64,000 nt of DNA from the human T2T-CHM13v2.0 reference genome, Homo sapiens, in assembly GCF_009914755.1 (NCBI RefSeq), contig NC_060925.1, one strand, 5' to 3'. The notes under the pieces are model-generated. The model made no database searches. It saw only the letters and a list, made by a program, of their open reading frames with translations, and was not told where the DNA came from. Shown here one piece after another: positions 58,822-64,000 of the stretch (position 1 is the stretch's first letter; each line of letters opens with the position of its first letter). Both the position numbers and the translations under genes were made by a program.

Positions 58822-59466
58822 ATATATATCTTTAGCTACTTCAGATGTGGCCAAGGTCAAACTGGTCCCAGGAACTCAAATACTCCTGACTTTCCTCTCC
58901 AACTCTGCTGTGCATGTCTATGTGGTTATCCCTGCAGCTGAAGCCTGGCTTCCTCTGCTCCACAGATTACCACACAGTAAAAGCTGGCTGGCAGCAGGTC
59001 TCAACTTTGATGTTACAATCCAGGCACACACCAAGAGCCCTGTTCAACTCTCTTAGTTCTAGATGGAATTTCCCAGAAAAAAACTTATTTGCCCAACTTA
59101 GTGTGCCCTTGCCATTTCAGTAACATTATATCACATGGCGATTTTTACTACAACCACTCAGATGGAGAGAAAGGGAACAATTCCTTCAGAAGGCATGACA
59201 GGCAAACAACTTTCTCAGTATCTTCTACCATAAGGAGCAGCACAAATAGAGAAATAATTAATCATCACAATAGTTAGGATCATTTTCATAAAGAGAAGCA
59301 ACTGTAGTTACAGAAAGCATATGAGAGATAAGTTGTCTTATATTGCTAAGCACTTATTGTGCATAGAACTATGCAAACAAACGGGTTATGACTGTGTTCT
59401 ATGTGGTAGTTTCTTTAAAGCAATGAGTGGTTTTCAAATAACTTTTAGCATCTATGCCAGAAAGAA

Positions 59467-60261
59467 TGTATTATGTTATACTGTGGTAACAAACAACTCT
59501 AAAATCTCAGTGGCTTCAGAAAGCAAAGATGAACTTCTTGTTCATACTACCTGTCTATTACAAGTTGACCAAGGGCTCTTCTCCCCTTTCTCCATCAGGA
59601 ATACACGTGAACTGAACATCCCCCAACTGTCTCCCACAGCAGGAAGAAAAGAAAGGGGTGAATCATGCAATAGTCTTTAAAGGTTTCTTCTTGAAAGTGA
59701 CACACATTGCGTTCACTCATATTTAATTTGCCTAATCACTTAACTTTAAAAAGGTTAAATGAGTAATTAAGCGATGTGCTTGGATTGTATTACTGGTACC
59801 AATTACATGCTGCTCTCCTGCAATAGGACTGTGTATCTTTACCATACATTGTGTGGTATACATGACTGTGGGATAAGTACATGTTCCCATTTCATCAATA
59901 TTATGTTTGGCCATATGGCTTGCTTTGGCCAATTAAATGTAATCAGAAGTGATATGTGTTACATTTGAGCAAAGAATGTAAAGCCATCATATGGTTCTGT
60001 CATTGTTCTTTTCCCTGATAAAAAAATGATATGTCCCAAATAAGGGCTGTTCAGGCAGGCTCTGTTCTAGAACGAAGGAGATACATAAAGTGAAGCCATG
60101 TCTACCTACAGTCAACATGTCAACTACATGAGAAACGAACTTTTGTTCTTATAAACTACTGAAGGTTTGGAGTCTTTTGTTGTAGCAGTATAACCCAGAA
60201 GAAGGTGACTACTACAGAGAAGAACCAGAGATATCAATAAATAGCTCTAATGACTAACACA
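59467..60261 (-). mobile_element. MLT1K/L-type LTR split by a nested MLT1H/I LTR
   Basis: tgtggtaacaaacaactctaaaatctcagtggctt...; resumes gagaagaaccagagatat...taatgactaacaca. Confidence 0.65.
59775..60216 (+). mobile_element. MLT1H/I-type LTR
   Basis: ggccatatggcttgctttggccaat...cagaagtga...ttgtagcagtataacc...tgactactaca. Confidence 0.75.
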
Positions 60262-61140
60262 ACCAGCCTTTATAATGACAGAATTTTTACTTGCTTGCTG
60301 CTGTGCACACATTATACGCACACACCCGTCTTCAAGGAGTCACCCCAAAAGTCTGTCCAACCACTATATCCAACACAAAGTTCAAGTTATCTGGATGTGT
60401 TCATTTGCTGAGGCTGCCATAACAAATACCACAGACTGGGTGACCTAAACAACAGAAGTATATTTTTCACAGTTCTGGAAGCACAGTTTTGGAAGTCCAA
60501 GATGGAGATATTGGCAGGATATTCTTCCAAGGGCCCTCTCCTTGGATTGTAAATAGCTGTCTTTTCTCCCTTGTCTTCACACAGTCCTGCCTCTATGCCT
60601 GACTGTGTCCTAATCTTCTCTTCTTATAAGGACAACAGTCATGATGAATTAGGGACAACCTATATGATACTATTTTACCTTAATTTTCTCTTTATTTAAA
60701 GGCCCTATCTCCAAATGCAGTTACATTCTGAGACATTGGGGGTTAGGACTTCAACGTTTGATTTTTGGAGGAGGGACAATTCAGCTCAAATACTGGGCTA
60801 TATGCAGCAATCTTTTTATCAGAGCATTTGTGCAAAGTTGTTTTTTTATCAGGTCCAGAATTGGTTTCTCTTGATCTGGAGACCTTTGTACTAAAAAGAT
60901 AAATCATCTGTGCCCTACACACCCAATATACAAGAGAACAGAAAAGCCACAATAAATAACTTCATTAGAAAGATAAACTACAGGAGACACATAGCAGAAA
61001 CTGTTCAATAGTAAATCGGAAATCCTAACAGGCAGAAATCTTGAAGGTCCCCTACTTAAGAGTAGAGAATGTGCCTAAGTAAAGCCTGACTACACACTCA
61101 GGGAGTATCATCTCTCTACTTTTATCTCCATTATCTTTGG
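60262..61140 (-). mobile_element. MLT1 internal sequence split by MLT1A/B
   Basis: aggtccaga...ctcttgatctggagacctttgtactaaaaaga...cacccaatatacaa. Confidence 0.6.
60396..60792 (-). mobile_element. MLT1A/B solo LTR
   Basis: ggctgccataacaaataccacagactggg...cttataaggaca...ggccctatctccaaat...gggttaggacttcaac; TSD ctgga/ctggg. Confidence 0.9.
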
Positions 61141-61173
61141 CTCTGACCTCTGGAGACCGTATCTTTTTCATTA

Positions 61174-64000
61174 CAGGCATACCACAGGGATGTTGTGGAT
61201 TCAGTTCCAGACCACCACAACAAAGCAGATATCACAATAAAGCAAGTCACACAAAGGTTTTGGTTTACCAATGCATATACAAGTTATGTTTACACTACAC
61301 AGGAGTCTATTTGGCATGCAATAACACCATGTCAAAAAAAGTACATATGATAATTTTTTAAATTGTGCTGCTAAAAATTGTTAATGATCATTTGAGCCTT
61401 CAGCAAATCCTAATCTTTTTGCTCATGGAAAGTTTTGCCCATGTTGATGGCTGTTGGCTGATCAGGGTGTGGTTGCTGAAGGTTGGGGTGGCTGTGGCAA
61501 TTTCTTAAAATAGGACAACAATGAAGTTTGCTCCATTGCTTTACTTCCTTTCATGAAAGATTTGTCTGTAGCATGCAATGCTGTTTGATAGCAAATTTTA
61601 AAATGTTTATTTTTTAATTGACACATAATATTTGTACACATTTATGAGGTACATAGTGATATTTTGATACATACAATATATAGTGGTCAGATCAGGGTAA
61701 TTAGCATACCGATAATCTCAAACATTTATCATTTCTTTGTATTGGAAACATTCAATATCCTCTCTTCTTGCCATTTGAAAATTTAATGTGCTGTTAACTA
61801 TAGTAATCCTACAATGCTATAAAACAATAGAACACATTCCTCCTATCTGGCTGTAATTTGTTTCCATTAACATATCTTTGTTTCCCCCCTTTTCCCTACC
61901 CTTCCCAGCCTCTAGTAACCTCTATTCTCTTTATTTCTATGGGATTTTTATCTTCCCCACGTGAAGGAAAACATGCGATGTTCAACTTTCTCCTTCTGGC
62001 TTATTTCACTTTATATAATGTCCTTCAGGCTCATCTATGTTGCCACGAATGACAGGATTTCATTCTTTTTTTATGGATAAATAGTATTCCATGCTGTATA
62101 TATGCCACATTTTCCTTATCCATTCATCTGTTGTTGGACACTTGGGTTGATTCCATATCTTGGCTATTGTGAATAGTGCTGCAATAAACATTGGGGTGTA
62201 GATATCTCTGTGATATACTGGTTTCCCTTTTTTTTTTAGATATCTACCTAGTGGGATTGCTAGATCATATGGTAGTTCTATTTGTAGTTTTTTGAGGAAG
62301 CTTTATGCTCTTTTCCATTGTGGCTGTACTCTTCCACATTCCTACCAACAGCATGTAAGAGTGCCCTTTTCCTTACAACCTCAACAGTATTTGTGATTTC
62401 TCTTTTTGATAATAGCCACTTTAACTGAGGTGAGATTATACCTTATTGTGGCTTTGATTTTCATTTTCTTTGTGATTAGTGATGTTGAGGATTTATTCAT
62501 ATATTTGTTGGCTATTTGTATATCTTCTTGTTAGAAATATTTATTCAGATCATTTGCTAATTTTTTAATTGAATTGTTTGATTTCATTGCTTTTGAGATG
62601 TTTGAGTTTCTTGTATATTCTGGATGTGAAGCCTTGTCACAGGAATAGTTTATAAATATTTTCTTTCATTCTGTACATTGCCTTTTCACTGTGTCAATTG
62701 TTCTCTTTATTGTGCAGAAGCTTTTTGGTTTGATGTAATCCCATTTATTTTTGTTTTTGTTGCCTGCGTGTTTGAGCTCTTATTCATAAAATCACTTCTC
62801 AGACTAATGTCCTGGATAGTTTTCCCTGTTGCTTCTAGTAATGTTATAGTTTCAAGTCTCATACTTAGAATTTTAATCTATTTTGAGTTGATTTTTATAT
62901 AGAGTGAGAGATAAATGCCCTTCAAAATTGGAATCAATCCTCTCAAACCCTACTGCTGCTTTATTAATTAAGTTTATGTAATATTCTATTTGTTGTCTTT
63001 TAAACAATGTTCATGGTATCTTCACTAGGAGTAGATTTCATCTCAAGAAACTACATTATTTGCTCATCCGTAAGAAGCAACTCCTCATCTGTTCAAATTT
63101 TATCATGAGATTACAGAAATTCAGTCTCATCTTCTGGCTCTACTTCTAATTCTTATTCTCTTGCGATTTCTAGCATATTTGCAGTTACTTCCTCCACTGA
63201 AGTCTTGAACCCTTCAAAGTCAATCATGATGGCTTGAATCAACTCCTTCCAAACTCCTGTTAATGGTGACATCTTAACCTCTTCCCATGTTCTTAATGGC
63301 AACTAGATGATAAACCCTTCCCAGAAGGTTTTCAATTGACATTTCCCAGATACATCAGAGGAATCACTATCTATGGCAGCCATAGCCCTTTGAAATTTAT
63401 TTCTCAAATAATAAGACTTGAAAGTCAAAATTACTCCTTGAGCCATGGACTGTAGAATGGATGTTGTGATAGCAGGCATGGAAACAACACTTTTCTCCTT
63501 TTACATATTCATTGGAGTTATTGGGTGACTATGTGTGTCAATGAACAGTAATATTTTTAAAGTATTTTTTTCTGAGCAGTAGGTCTCAATAATGGCATTA
63601 AAATATTCAGTAAACCATACTATAAACAGATGTGCTATTATCCACACTTTTTTGTTACATTTCTAGAGCACAGACAAAGTAAAGTTAGCATAATTTTGAA
63701 AGGCCATAGGATTTTCAAAATGGCAAATGAGCAATGGCTTTAATTTAAAGTTTCCATGTGCAGTAGCCTTTGACAAGAGGGTCAGCCTCTCCTTTGAAGC
63801 TTTGAAGCCAGGCATTGACTTTTTCTCTCTAGCTATGAAAGATGGTATCTTCATCCAATAAAGCTGTTTTAATCTACATTGAAAATCAATTGTTTAGTGT
63901 AGCCACCTTCATCAATAATCTTAGCTAGATCTTCTGGATAACTTGCTGCAGCTTCTACATCAGCACTTGATGCTTCACCTTGCCCTTTTATATATGAAGA
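61174..64000 (-). mobile_element. Second Tigger1 (runs off the window end), interrupted by L1MA
   Basis: TA|caggcatacc TIR; ORF 63663-63854 ([22 protein letters not shown]). Confidence 0.96.
61596..62913 (-). mobile_element. L1MA3-like 3' fragment
   Basis: ttaattgacacataata...gtcagatcagggtaattagcat...tcaaacatttatcatttctttgt; ORF2 C-terminal region. Confidence 0.9.

Overview
This is a primate (hominid-like: it carries AluY and L1PA2) AT-rich intergenic or intronic window. It is dominated by transposable-element fossils: Alu (J/S/Y), L1 (PA2, PA4/5, PA12, MA, MC/ME), L2, L3, MIR, MaLR/ERVL LTRs, an ERVL pol-dUTPase relic, two Tigger1 copies and hAT elements. I find no supportable host protein-coding exon, RNA gene or CRISPR array; the listed ORFs are TE remnants or chance ORFs. 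Four things stand out. (1) An L1PA2 with a full 5' UTR, ORF1 and EN domain has lost about 2.8 kb of ORF2 (all of RT) at a 7-bp microhomology; it sits in an Alu tail and has a possible short 3' transduction. (2) An old ~230-bp duplication of non-repeat DNA at 38.8-40.2 kb had its second copy split by a ~360-bp inversion, next to an exact 18-bp MEIS/E-box/NFAT-like repeat. (3) There is a ~270-bp diverged duplication at 4.3/5.8 kb. (4) Many short local templated duplications and one fold-back hairpin occur across the window. Subfamily names come from recalled consensus sequences, identities were estimated by eye, and boundaries of old repeats are approximate. I cannot claim a new biological system from sequence alone.
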